A stretch of 64,000 nucleotides of DNA, from NCBI GenBank assembly GCA_944362545.1, contig CALVTJ010000001.1, positions 128,500 through 192,499 on the forward strand. Reading direction: 5' to 3'. Below are positions 13,401-19,366 of the stretch, piece after piece. The DNA is from an uncultured Clostridia bacterium (GTDB lineage: Bacteria; Bacillota; Clostridia; Christensenellales; UBA1242). Below the pieces are notes generated by a model. That model searched no databases and had not been told where the DNA came from. It was given only the letters and a program-made list of their open reading frames with translations. A program made the position numbers and the translations under genes. Position 1 is the first letter of the stretch. Each line of letters starts with the position of its first letter.

Positions 13401-13548
13401 AAGAAAAATCATTCGGCTCAACTGGCTTTTCTCCAAATCCTCCATTTGCAAGATAAAATCCCAACACTGCAACTCCTGCAACTGCCAGAACTCCAACTAT
13501 GACAAGTATGATAACTTTCCAAAGACTGAGAACTCCTCTCTTTTTCAT
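1417..13548 (-). CDS. giant (4043 aa) N-terminally membrane-anchored surface protein with no recognised domain family
   Basis: This is a single uninterrupted 12.1-kb ORF. GGAG lies 6 nt before the ATG (tttaaatggagtctgtATG). The N-terminus MKKRGVLSLWKVIILVIVGVLAVAGVAVLGFYL is a signal-anchor/TM helix. The rest is T/S/N/D/Y/V-rich with few Cys, consistent with beta-rich extracellular modules. There is no LPXTG, SLH or lipobox. Confidence 0.8.
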   Translation of the reverse strand: MKKRGVLSLWKVIILVIVGVLAVAGVAVLGFYLANGGFGEKPVEPNDFSFVRDVDEGEAYFNESLGRFETSSDFSLTITSTTEGVTERDVTLSLQNGRTYNADYITDGIVIVPQTVRIGTPFEVTLYQDYNAEIFQDWPVGGTSVLTARSTNIELVPQTVTINVDVPVSTIDVSVSGTEQQGLTQDVVIGTNFTLDTTFSPEKSQYLFSDETREKEIFYSYTRSYISYDWESGRFYANQRSGNNFDTITVSTFKNSYYQWRVMNEFANITEDRELLTSQVLRYFEQHPETCVSTTVNVRVLDVDVDSVTVGNADTTFDTYLDQYFTLTASSANGNGNLDLTILDSSGGELPSLYGNIGIKIPKNQQGLKILGGDVMEVVTADDGAVTITRLPFDQDFDYATAPDGTEYYILANSTPQSYDDYFWRMASSEETIYTLSVNFFFENEEGMWQNFFAFNGQENLEKSFVLNAETKDNEDPPSFVNNDTITLTINYDENGNVVPASIRLDSRLAPVNSENIYRTVKYFLLIDTTVQGYAEIDINDVFVCGQGATYNTNYLGQTLQISNAIMPPEGYYTLYEIDDDSVLTAIKSFSGTVKVVAATIRTDADNRPYLTEDGKCLIVNTSRAQEVMVESTLSIANMTPSVVIDATIMPNVDHNNDYYIPAVNRNETGSQRNMLTFNLVLSNSEDPETDAQKVIDAFNAGNLQIACLDMSGQTTNQYITWQGLVRTGIEGTSITFEGSLAIEENFFAAGRTSLDMGTYIRLQLQYNDGNEIYTKPITISGNDAGKDYFYVYYQQPVLMEAEFESANDLDNDGDGVVDDIIVNISAAEGVTITWGDRVIEGTAEQALAQLNELLTFTLTDQFGNIIQDNTNIYSVRLVETTTDGIEDEVLSLDSNLEHIQNFISTQGKTRRTSLTAHVVNREGNEVFVFDEDGNVTTQPMISQTLNFVVQSEGIQRLEYDTTDTVGVVTDDDYVSSDDLSRATVEKYVTSNQTIDLNTLLRIYTSGNDGELNLANDVVYKLDESFVSSLSATNRQDIMDMISFNDDAGLEEDETDDITNYRNMPISTLNIINPFREDTHIIFSVRDSAEALFDITLVLILKADIEVRQNFNTYYEQNAEYLVTSGNSISVFAGQSYDLADYVTLTSHLGNPYSWADVLSGLSLNSDINGVFYATEDFCSLSIVQEGDGDHVYLNISDIYQFDTVTFTLYYGKNSYYACSVTVTLYINPNIVIRQRVSDLSSNPFVDLENISSLQLSSSFQLFRFTSYIENGGFDGAEEIVSNATPGNIVFVYNNISTNVYLNIIRNTTVANSYIYTFEDGKTLNLTLGQKVEQTYRIDAQVWGSSTVQTLDAAKILDAGDETQVVLCEESGAMTISLDIGFGGENVNDMASSVLRAEDGERVNVVTYNGQTYLLLMQNSTYLTQNDFVITQDSATGNLYSDIQNSLRTNPTISGYVSLTGNAFSAEKRFVDTQGHSLTITVALNAIVSKIGDRFVYYNNGALPDDEGGMIFNNFENVDFSTIIGDYTALEEDNVYQQLQAGKTYTIVHDISKTFGSTSDAFGFYFDGDSTLINSGDAIYELSIVTTAQGYVNGLAVLESDEEGNVTKLKLNHLESSMTDVYVVLRLNIHTYDSESFSWYYRVKVSPSFTNGTVTYPYGDGGEYLDIYSNYYDSETQTYTIDLEENFNAQNSRYDSGKRFGDVAQWETDLEEGQQLTSTYIIKSASIGEKTLDIDSYRQYFTYNFEDGVFNIKLVDNTSKLTIIIEKSFAVDGHRMIGSELQYIIYFNQGLNYVHSVTQIDGGKETPLVDTDNDQRYSSTIYAGSNEVQYNTNIRISSNGTESTVSEYWAYISGENDNLISSLKAKVYIKAGSTLYTDATGNTSNGTVEKDIIIGDWQNSIDDFADDPTIITLNDGDNTYYVSKESVGWTFAYLDASHCLHIMPQQTVSQDRTYEIGFYTQERVVFRIDLTVSSYFKWTINDSAAFVGGQRYEFVGENNTIFSNLSIDSSLSQLTVLDLDIALLNGEEAFGENLTLSDLVFINNDAQTYQENTIEFAHLTNDVTFEFLATITDSDQNKYSFTFEIEVSSSFVINQTRRATDNAEHYGTLSFAVSMEELRGYISNLLPLYDAEDTRSAYQFVSTDGSFVDEMSIVPENVANETRVDHNFNLVYLFNSQEIFRFTVIYRYRILPNVVVTPHYPKPDGTNEIDTEYIATTQGADETYSTEVIESFFTSPAMFATENRIVVANVDAISTENITNNWNISVSSISNATVLVTGDVLKNISADSEDMTIVTGVDNVSGIDLQFRIINSSSNASVSFDVTVNNVNTTYSVVIVAGSVIQISTNTPNYLDNREVVYAEDLTRMASANLFAQNRILRYEFSDSAQTNTTYYLRLINGTNEVQIIDVTNDNSGLVNYDLGRSFGGYEYVGTFLTRESAEAGSSAENDENLYIQAPSLTSRIVAYYYDRTPITFDDDIILRLTQDSVAENAEDFELSVDDYGRQISLSISIQLDGQNIETNGIYNLELDIEFEVTGNADSLDYTTVDINAGEEHSLLSYSAFGITNTRTGQAYDQTSMTNSAGNITLQIYGFTDLPVDLTGRGSDELAKAAGEIHNTLISTDGKGPSDIVYSTGLSPRAGVPINVAENGGDVSRNFISISGVRAQGKNVDFLIQANGANNDGNYVMMKLTYSVEIGGRFITKSHNILFRVLPNSQIRFKSQQEDDQNYINSANEIENGQSIASNSNSPYAILLSGLGQSGTTVSFNLWTTLENQVALASTVVANMYGQTDSSANEFTYTYTQNIRNDYNETNADGDSYINFGTNSGWTGSNGNYTSDAFDAENLAVTLSKINLGEKNFIIQAENDFGYKLNFYFTMTAEVNPVIYNADSTITEGDSIGVGLRFQTVTPAGASTTSTTVTFNAFEYVQSSDMGSGSQYINTITIALKNNTYSGNTNYSITGASLAVTLDSAVGQLQAGSVLTKTWIDLTVQNAQITLTICNNDEEEWYFEGENYALTQENLSRASCVLSLTIVRQTTWGEDNNTVENTRPVGSYTVTYNETELRQVQTIASGYTEPNFIPTDIRVESPDVSVSLSGISAYGYANRLGAVNEPDASVSSMGTIKVKQIEFYLGETWLGGTYQNSSGAMSTNNITTFNRATKEEVSLITNTEYSFISENGSTKEISRGEGYDEDKEFVVPVVSGVYYGTGTTISNVRMAITLIDVSGTASDGETCVVNQYVTLQREPSDNLFASSTIYDTNSPTVNAGNTVLNDTLEVVLDPGESIKFVVNDTSISAVNEEDGILTCAGGTKTARIVSFTNNTNTNEDGGYTTIEYVGISASVVDLNENFASGDSFYIDVIDSTGSPTINYNGRAIENLNGRTGTTIARYTNNSGALVQHIESEDELLSSNSKTETLYFLHQDNGQTYQYSQTFTIVPLYSSATSSSLFGVTNYYRMSNGDSTYYLVSLSSWGTNVTLHGQNDTTLANIANSNESFKFVFEISTGDGGAGSAFIDEKGLVTTSTDIALGTHTFTVNVYMKMSGQNGAFEEESTRIRLGSFRFFLNSANNPTTQVTSTAGIYTVNGDVIVVPSGYTLYANRSLSTQNITQSFGNLTSFATNVGEEVDFENIYGSVVAGTFGYNRSYHLVSYRLNGATDTNYISFDNLNSYRFTNAGNYAITVVVTGRTSVSGQITARYFTSEIIVYNTSTREEQSYFGRQNDHFTEAFDTAYTWYLLNSNGTIQEVTDFTSSEIGIFTMNYLAQPSNGGQSRLVTKTFYIYGADEQDSKVMSVVLIPSSTFQLSNLVSLQAGQSVEFYRIDSSSIESVISETLSLGVNRSTTYSYIVAIRENGEYTSIQKYDVTYKVSSSTQTSEGVYIGENDNVRDVITNEVASGLGIEQANITSVEIIGTGNILTEENRTAQQMIAGENLVTGRYLITYTDSQGVTRFARYNFTFYVYHDTPTGVDEITYQTVLNNAFTLSALNSQIAEEVLGDVSLANSILGYYQLTDNGIQQVTTIMLEEDTTATYYVRTADAYYLITVNFTIQ

Positions 13549-13646
13549 ACAGACTCCATTTAAAAAATTTTACGCAAACAATTTGAGCAAAGGAAAATCG
13601 AAAACAAAAATCTCACAAAATATTGTTTGCTTTTTTCGACAAAATA

Positions 13647-13676
13647 ATTATACAATTTTTAGAATTATTTAGGCAA
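13647..13676 (-). promoter_or_regulatory. candidate sigma-A promoter of the giant gene
   Basis: On the minus strand the sequence reads TTGCCT, an 18-nt spacer, then TATAAT (plus-strand aggcaa 13671-13676 and attata 13647-13652). This lies about 95 nt upstream of the ATG at 13548. Confidence 0.45.
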
Positions 13677-13819
13677 GCAAAAAAGATATTTTTCAAAAAA
13701 TATATATTTAATATATAAAAGCCAATTTTTTGATAATTTTTCCAACAATAAAATCCTATTTTATTTTTCCATTTTTACAATTATTTTTTTGGATTTTTGC
13801 GACAATAAAAGCATTAAGG

Positions 13820-13848
13820 TTGACAGGTCTTTCAAGATAGGCTATAAT
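13820..13848 (+). promoter_or_regulatory. consensus sigma-A promoter abutting the start codon (leaderless candidate)
   Basis: TTGACA (13820-13825), a 17-nt spacer and TATAAT (13843-13848). The ATG at 13855 lies 6 nt after the -10 element and has no Shine-Dalgarno sequence. Confidence 0.6.
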
Positions 13849-13854
13849 ATTTTT

Positions 13855-14553
13855 ATGATAACAAATCTTGAAATTTTAAACTTTTTAAACTTGATAAACG
13901 AACGATTGGGCAGGGCATATCGCCTTTCGGGCAAAAATCCACTGCCAAAAAATTTTTCTATGGACAAAAATCTTTTGAAAGAAAGATTTTATCTAAATCA
14001 AATGGCAGAAAAAATAAATTATCCTGATTTTATTTATCAAGAAAAAGAAAAAATTAAAAATTATTTTAAAAATTCCATAAAAAACATCAAAAAAATCGAA
14101 AAAATAATAAAAAATTGTGATTTTTCGGATGAATTTTTGGAAAAATTACAAACTTATTTTGAAATAAGGTTGGAAATAACAAAAATACTCATCAAAGAAT
14201 TTAAAAATCAGAGATTTGATGAAAAGGATGCCTATCAAGAGATTTACACTCTCAACCCCGTTCTTTCAAACCTCATGCCAGAACTCTTTTCTGAACATAT
14301 TGATGTAAAATCTTTGCTTGATGATTTAGAAAAGAAATATCAACTTTCATATCTTGAAAAATTGCAAATTATTGAAAAGAAACAACAAAAGAAAAACCAA
14401 CAAAAACAACTTGAAAATGTGAGCCTTGAAAGCGATAAAAATTTGCAAAAAAGCAAAAAAGTTGAAAAAACAAAGCAAAATCCTGCAAAAATTGAGAAAA
14501 ATCTCAAAAAAAATGTAAAAATTAAAGAAAATAAACCTAATAAGGAGAAATAA
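13855..14553 (+). CDS. hypothetical Lys/Glu-rich protein (232 aa)
   Basis: This is the ORF-track ORF 13789..14553, trimmed to the ATG placed at the expected transcription start. It has a low-complexity K/E/N-rich C-terminal third. Its stop overlaps the next start (TAATG). Confidence 0.55.
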   Translation: MITNLEILNFLNLINERLGRAYRLSGKNPLPKNFSMDKNLLKERFYLNQMAEKINYPDFIYQEKEKIKNYFKNSIKNIKKIEKIIKNCDFSDEFLEKLQTYFEIRLEITKILIKEFKNQRFDEKDAYQEIYTLNPVLSNLMPELFSEHIDVKSLLDDLEKKYQLSYLEKLQIIEKKQQKKNQQKQLENVSLESDKNLQKSKKVEKTKQNPAKIEKNLKKNVKIKENKPNKEK

Positions 14554-16133
14554 TGATTCAAGTAGTAAATGTTTCTCTCGCTTTTGGCGGAAGAACACTG
14601 TATAAAGATGTCAATTTAAAATTCACAAAAGGAAATTGCTATGGCATTATTGGTGCAAATGGCGCTGGCAAGTCCACTTTTTTGAAAATTTTGACCGGCG
14701 AGATTGAGCCAAACACCGGAGAGGTTCTTATATCTCCAGGCGAGAGAATGTCTGTCTTGGAACAAAATCAAAATAAATATGACCAAGAAACCGTTTTGGA
14801 TACCGTGCTTTTGGGGCATAAGCGCCTTATGGAAGTGCAAAAAGAAAAGGATGCACTATATGCAAAACCTGACTTTTCAGAGGCGGATGGCATACGTGCA
14901 GGCGAACTTGAAACCGAATTTGCCGAACTTGGCGGATGGGAAGCAGAAAGCGAAGCAAAAACCCTCTTGCAAAACATGGGGGTGCCAGAAAGTTGTTATT
15001 ATGACCTTATGTCCACCCTTGACCCGAAAGTAAAGGTCAAGGTTTTGCTTGCACAAGCACTTTTTGGAAATCCAGATATCTTGATTTTGGATGAACCAAC
15101 AAACAATTTGGACTTCAAAACAATAAGATGGCTGGAAAACTTTTTGCTAGATTTTGAAAACATTGTCATCATCGTTTCACACAACCGACACTTTTTAAAT
15201 AAAGTTTGCACACATATTTGTGATGTCGATTTTGGACAAATCAATATGTATCTTGGAAACTATGATTTTTGGTATGAAACCAGCCAACTTCTCGCAAGAC
15301 AGGCACGCGACCAAAACAAAAAGGCTGAACAGCGAGCAAAAGAGCTTAAAGAATTTATTGCACGTTTTGCAGCAAATGCTTCAAAATCAAAACAAGCAAC
15401 CAGCAGAAAGAAAGAACTTGAAAAATTGACCATTGAAGATTTGAAACCTTCATCGCGCAAATATCCATATGTAGACTTCAAATTTGAACAAGAAATTGGC
15501 AAAGAAATTTTAAAAGTGGAAAATTTGACCAAAAACGGAATGTTTAAAAACCTTTCTTTCAATGTGGAACATGGACAAAAAATTGTCTTTTTGTCATCCA
15601 ACAGTCTTGTTTTAACCACACTTTTCAACATTTTGGCAGGAAAAGACACTGCTGACAGTGGAACAATCCGCTGGGGAAAAACCATCAAATTTTCTTATCT
15701 TCCACAAGATAACAGAGAATATTTTGAAAACTGCCATTTGAGTGTTGTGGATTGGCTCAGACAATTTTCAAAGGACAAGACAGAAAGTTATGTGCGTGGA
15801 TGGCTTGGAAGAATGTTGTTTTCTGGCGAAGAGAGTTTGAAAGAAGTCAATGTTCTCTCTGGTGGAGAAAGAGTGCGTTGCATGCTGGCAAAAATCATGC
15901 TGGAAGCAGGAAATGTCTTGATTTTGGATGAACCAACAAACCATCTTGACCTTGAAAGCATCACATCACTCAACAAAGGCATGATAAACTTCAAAGGTTG
16001 TATACTTTTTGCCACCGGTGACCAAGAAATTATTGAAACGGTAGCAAATCGCATCATTGATATTGTTGATGAAAACACCATCATTGACAAAGAAATGACA
16101 TATGAAGAATATATGGAAAAATATAAAAATTAA
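14553..16133 (+). CDS. ABC-F family ATPase (tandem ABC domains, no TM domain; translation-factor/EttA-Uup-like class)
   Basis: There are two Walker A motifs (GANGAGKST and a degenerate second P-loop region) and two signature/Walker B sets (LSGGERVRCMLAKIM ... ILDEPTNHLD, and ILILDEPTNNLD). The inter-domain linker (QARDQNKKAEQRAKELKEFIARF) is typical of ABC-F proteins. Confidence 0.85.
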   Translation: MIQVVNVSLAFGGRTLYKDVNLKFTKGNCYGIIGANGAGKSTFLKILTGEIEPNTGEVLISPGERMSVLEQNQNKYDQETVLDTVLLGHKRLMEVQKEKDALYAKPDFSEADGIRAGELETEFAELGGWEAESEAKTLLQNMGVPESCYYDLMSTLDPKVKVKVLLAQALFGNPDILILDEPTNNLDFKTIRWLENFLLDFENIVIIVSHNRHFLNKVCTHICDVDFGQINMYLGNYDFWYETSQLLARQARDQNKKAEQRAKELKEFIARFAANASKSKQATSRKKELEKLTIEDLKPSSRKYPYVDFKFEQEIGKEILKVENLTKNGMFKNLSFNVEHGQKIVFLSSNSLVLTTLFNILAGKDTADSGTIRWGKTIKFSYLPQDNREYFENCHLSVVDWLRQFSKDKTESYVRGWLGRMLFSGEESLKEVNVLSGGERVRCMLAKIMLEAGNVLILDEPTNHLDLESITSLNKGMINFKGCILFATGDQEIIETVANRIIDIVDENTIIDKEMTYEEYMEKYKN

Positions 16134-16345
16134 ATAATTTCAATAATAAAAGTCGCATAAATTGTGCGATTTTTTATTTTTTTTATAAAAAAGAAAGAAA
16201 AATAATAAAAAACCACTTTTTTAATTAAAAAATAATATTTTTACATTTTTTAAAGCGTTTTTCTCTCAGTTATTTAGTGATATGTTGTTTTTTTAATAAA
16301 AAATATTATTTATTTCTAAAATTTATATAAATATAATAATAAAAA

Positions 16346-16392
16346 AGAGTTGGTTCTTTCAACATTCCTTCGCCCAACTCTTGAATTTTGTC
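16346..16392 (-). terminator. stem-loop terminator after the 144-aa gene
   Basis: aagagttgg ... ccaactctt inverted repeat, followed on the minus strand by a T-run. Confidence 0.45.
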
Positions 16393-16415
16393 TATTTTAT
16401 CCCTTCAATTTTTAC

Positions 16416-16850
16416 TTATTTTGTTTTTTCATCCGTTTTTTCTCTAAATTGTGCAATCTTTTGACCTTTGATTTTGAAAGTGTAAGTCTTTTCTTGATTG
16501 CCTTCTCTTGTTTGGAAAATTCCATTTTCTTTAGTCAAAAACAAGGATTTTGAAATATACACTTTTTGTGGATCATCACAACTGAACATATCAAACATCA
16601 TCTTTTTGTCTCCGTTTTCATCAATGCGTATTCTCTCTGACCATTTTGTTTCTGTGTATGGTGCAAAATGAGCATAGATTTTTTTATCATTTAGATAAAG
16701 TGTGGTCTTTGCACTCTTGATTGTTCTTTCTGCTTCATTTGTGAGAAAATCTCTCACATGTCCACTAAATTTTTGCAATTCTCCAATCTTTGACCTTTCA
16801 AACATTGTCAAAAGGATATCCAAATTGTCTGAGATTCTGTTTTCTTTCAT
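16416..16850 (-). CDS. hypothetical protein (144 aa)
   Basis: This is the ORF-track ORF 16416..16862, trimmed to an ATG preceded by GGAGGA (ttggaggaatttATG). I recognise no family with confidence. Confidence 0.55.
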   Translation of the reverse strand: MKENRISDNLDILLTMFERSKIGELQKFSGHVRDFLTNEAERTIKSAKTTLYLNDKKIYAHFAPYTETKWSERIRIDENGDKKMMFDMFSCDDPQKVYISKSLFLTKENGIFQTREGNQEKTYTFKIKGQKIAQFREKTDEKTK

Positions 16851-16946
16851 AAATTCCTCCAAATTACATATATGATTATATCACTTTTAACTTTACTATT
16901 CAATAGGTTCTTCTCAAAAATTACCTTCTTTTTTGGCGAAAAAAGA

Positions 16947-16976
16947 TTGACATTTTGTTTTTGATTGTTGTAGAAT
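16947..16976 (+). promoter_or_regulatory. promoter of the glyQS leader
   Basis: TTGACA (16947-16952), an 18-nt spacer and TAGAAT (16971-16976). Confidence 0.55.
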
Positions 16977-16982
16977 TTTTCT

Positions 16983-17130
16983 AGCAATGACGGAATTGGC
17001 AACTCCCGAGCAAACGCTTGTCGGCGAAAAGACAAAAATGAGATAAGACTTCAAGTTCTTATGAAATAGGGTGGAACAGCGGTCAAGATTTGGTCGCCCC
17101 TGTGCAAGTTTTTTTGGCACAGGTTTTTTT
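16983..17130 (+). ncRNA. T-box riboswitch leader (glycine specifier) with intrinsic terminator
   Basis: The T-box motif AAATAGGGTGGAACAGCGG lies at about 17064-17083. It is followed by a terminator hairpin, cctgtgc...gcacagg plus TTTTTTT (17099-17130). A GGC codon followed by A (attGGCAac, about 16998-17006) is a plausible Gly specifier. The leader sits directly upstream of glycyl-tRNA synthetase, as in the known glyQS T-box. Confidence 0.8.
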
Positions 17131-17179
17131 ATAACAAAATTGTCAAAAAACACATTTTTTTGAAAAAAGGAGAGAAAAA

Positions 17180-18589
17180 GTGAGCGAAAAAACAAACAAG
17201 GAAAATATTGTTGGGGAAAAACCAAAATTGACAATGGACAAAATTGTCAACCTTTGCAAAGCGCGAGGCTTTGTTTTTCCAGGCAGTGAAATTTACGGTG
17301 GCATGGGGAACACCTGGGACTATGGTCCTGTCGGTGTCGAACTGAAAAACAACATCAAGCGTGCTTGGTGGAAAAGATTTGTTCAAGAGAGCAAAAACAC
17401 TTATGGTGTTGATGCTGCAATCCTGATGAATCCAAGAGTATGGGATGCCAGCGGACATACCCAAAACTTTTCTGACCCAAAAATGGACTGCAAAACTTGC
17501 AAACAGCGTTTCCGTGCCGACAATTTGATCGAAGAACATTCCAAAGGCACCATTTCTGCCGAAGCCATGACAAATGAAGAGATGGAAAAATATATTCAGG
17601 AACACAAAATTCGTTGTCCACATTGCGGAAGTTTTAATTGGACTCCAATAAGACAATTTAAACTGATGTTTGAAACAAGCCGTGGCACTTTGGATGGTCA
17701 AAAGGATGTGGTTTACCTTCGCCCAGAGACCTGCCAAGGAGAATATGTCAACTTTCTCAATGTTCAACGAAGCATGAGAGCAAAAATACCATTTGCCATC
17801 GCCCAAATTGGAAAATCATTTAGAAACGAAATAACTCCGGGAAATTTCATCTTCCGCACAATCGAATTTGAACAAATGGAGCTCCAAAAATTTTGCAAAG
17901 AAGAAGATTCCTTCAATTTCTATGAAGATTACAAAAAACAAGCCGAACAATTTTTGCTTGATTTGAATTTCAAGCCAGAACATTTGAAATTCCATGACCA
18001 CGAAAAACTTGCATTTTATGCCAAAGCCGCTTGTGACATCTTCTATCTTTTCCCAATGGGATGGAGCGAACTTAATGGCATCCATCATCGCTCAACACAC
18101 GATTTGACAAGACATCAAGAATTTAGTGGTAAATCCATGCTTTACACCGACCCTATGACAAATGAAAAATATATTCCAAATGTCATTGAATATTCCATCG
18201 GTGCTGACAGACTCTTTCTTGCTGTTATGTGCGAAGCATATGATGAAGAAAAACTGGAAAACGGTGAAACGAGAGTAGTCTTACACTTCCATCCTGCTCT
18301 TGCCCCTTTCAAGGTTGCCATTTTACCTCTTCAAAAAAATCTTTCTGAAAAAGCAAAAGATGTCTATGAAAAACTTTCAAAAGATTTTATGTGCGACTAT
18401 GATGAAGCAGGTTCAATTGGAAAACGCTACCGCCGTGAAGATGAAATAGGTACTCCATTCTGCGTGACTATTGATTTTGACACTCTTCAAGATGACACAG
18501 TCACCATCCGCGACCGTGACACAATGGGGCAAATTCGTTTGAAAATTGATGAACTTAAAGATTATTTGACAGACAAAGTGAAGTTTTAA
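17180..18589 (+). CDS. glyQS: glycine--tRNA ligase (class II, homodimeric GlyQS type)
   Basis: The sequence contains MDKIVNLCKARGFVFPGSEIYGGMGNTWDYGPVGVELKNNIKRAWW, the canonical GlyRS N-terminus. A GTG start at 17180 is preceded by GGAGAG. An alternative ATG at 17234 is possible. Confidence 0.9.
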   Translation: MSEKTNKENIVGEKPKLTMDKIVNLCKARGFVFPGSEIYGGMGNTWDYGPVGVELKNNIKRAWWKRFVQESKNTYGVDAAILMNPRVWDASGHTQNFSDPKMDCKTCKQRFRADNLIEEHSKGTISAEAMTNEEMEKYIQEHKIRCPHCGSFNWTPIRQFKLMFETSRGTLDGQKDVVYLRPETCQGEYVNFLNVQRSMRAKIPFAIAQIGKSFRNEITPGNFIFRTIEFEQMELQKFCKEEDSFNFYEDYKKQAEQFLLDLNFKPEHLKFHDHEKLAFYAKAACDIFYLFPMGWSELNGIHHRSTHDLTRHQEFSGKSMLYTDPMTNEKYIPNVIEYSIGADRLFLAVMCEAYDEEKLENGETRVVLHFHPALAPFKVAILPLQKNLSEKAKDVYEKLSKDFMCDYDEAGSIGKRYRREDEIGTPFCVTIDFDTLQDDTVTIRDRDTMGQIRLKIDELKDYLTDKVKF

Positions 18590-18670
18590 GATTTGCAAAT
18601 TTTGAATTTGTTTTTATATTAAAGCATTTTATGTAATAATTTCCTTTCATATTTATTGAAAAAATCAACA

Positions 18671-18700
18671 AAAAAGACCTTCAAAACAGAGGTCTTTTTT
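18671..18700. terminator. bidirectional intrinsic terminator
   Basis: aaaaagacct / aggtcttttt hairpin flanked by an A-run and a T-run, lying between convergent genes. Confidence 0.6.
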
Positions 18701-18752
18701 GTTTGCGGTTATCTTATTAAATTTTATTAAATTATTTTGTTTTTGTGTTGTT

Positions 18753-18986
18753 CTAGTCAATCCAAAGGACTTTGCCATTGATAAGCAATGTGATTATGTC
18801 GATAATCCAGAAAAGTACTGGGCAAACAATCAACATAATTATTGCAAGAATGATACCAACAGCGTTTCCTTTGTCGATTGAACGGCAAAGACGATAAATT
18901 GCCCACAAAATATCAAGCGCAGGCAATGCAAAGATTACCTTCAAAATAAGTGGCAAATTATCGAAAAACTTTACTACACTTTTCAT
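18753..18986 (-). CDS. small membrane protein (77 aa, two predicted TM helices)
   Basis: This is the ORF-track ORF trimmed to an ATG preceded by AGGAGA (aaaaggagaataaggATG). It has hydrophobic segments LPLILKVIFALPALDILWAIY and VGIILAIIMLIVCPVLFWIIDIITLL. Confidence 0.6.
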   Translation of the reverse strand: MKSVVKFFDNLPLILKVIFALPALDILWAIYRLCRSIDKGNAVGIILAIIMLIVCPVLFWIIDIITLLINGKVLWID

Positions 18987-19146
18987 CCTTATTCTCCTTT
19001 TAAAATTTAATTGTGACAACATCATTGTATCTTTTTTCAAAAACATTGTCAACAATTTTTACAATTTATATATATGTTGAAAAAAAATTTTTATATCTTT
19101 TTTATAATTTTTTTCTGTTTTGCAAACAATAATAAAAAGGAGGGTT

Positions 19147-19347
19147 ATGGTGGAAAAGAAAAATTCCGGTGTTAGATGCAATGTAAAAGACTGTGTTTAC
19201 AATGAGCGCGGTTGTGACTGCAACAAACTTGTCATTGATGTGTCAATGGGAGAGAAAAGTTATCTTCCAAATGATACAACACCACATTTTTGCAAAAGTT
19301 ATATTTGTAAAAATTGTTCTGGTTCTATTGATGAAGCAGAAGATTAA
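19147..19347 (+). CDS. DUF1540-like Cys-rich small protein
   Basis: An ATG preceded by AGGAGG. The motif VRCNVKDCVYNERGCDCNKLVIDV resembles the C-x-V-x2-C-x-Y...C...I-x-V repeat of DUF1540. Confidence 0.55.
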   Translation: MVEKKNSGVRCNVKDCVYNERGCDCNKLVIDVSMGEKSYLPNDTTPHFCKSYICKNCSGSIDEAED

Positions 19348-19366
19348 AAAATAAATAAAAAAGACA

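Noticed and set aside
14340-14598. Two minus-strand ORFs (73 and 83 aa, Phe/Leu-rich) at the 3' end of the Lys-rich gene.
   Set aside because: They are reverse-complement artefacts of an AAA/GAA-rich coding region (poly-Lys read as poly-Phe/Leu). The same applies to 46241-46636, opposite the helicase Lys-rich tail.
16134-16345. A ~210-bp extremely AT-rich gene-free stretch after the ABC-F gene, considered as a possible sRNA or second unwinding element.
   Set aside because: No promoter-plus-terminator pair, conserved-looking structure or DnaA boxes are visible. It most simply serves as a spacer between convergent terminators.
17129-17806. 225-aa minus-strand ORF overlapping the T-box leader and glyQS.
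   Set aside because: It is antisense to a clearly identified GlyRS gene and T-box, and shows no family resemblance or translation signals.
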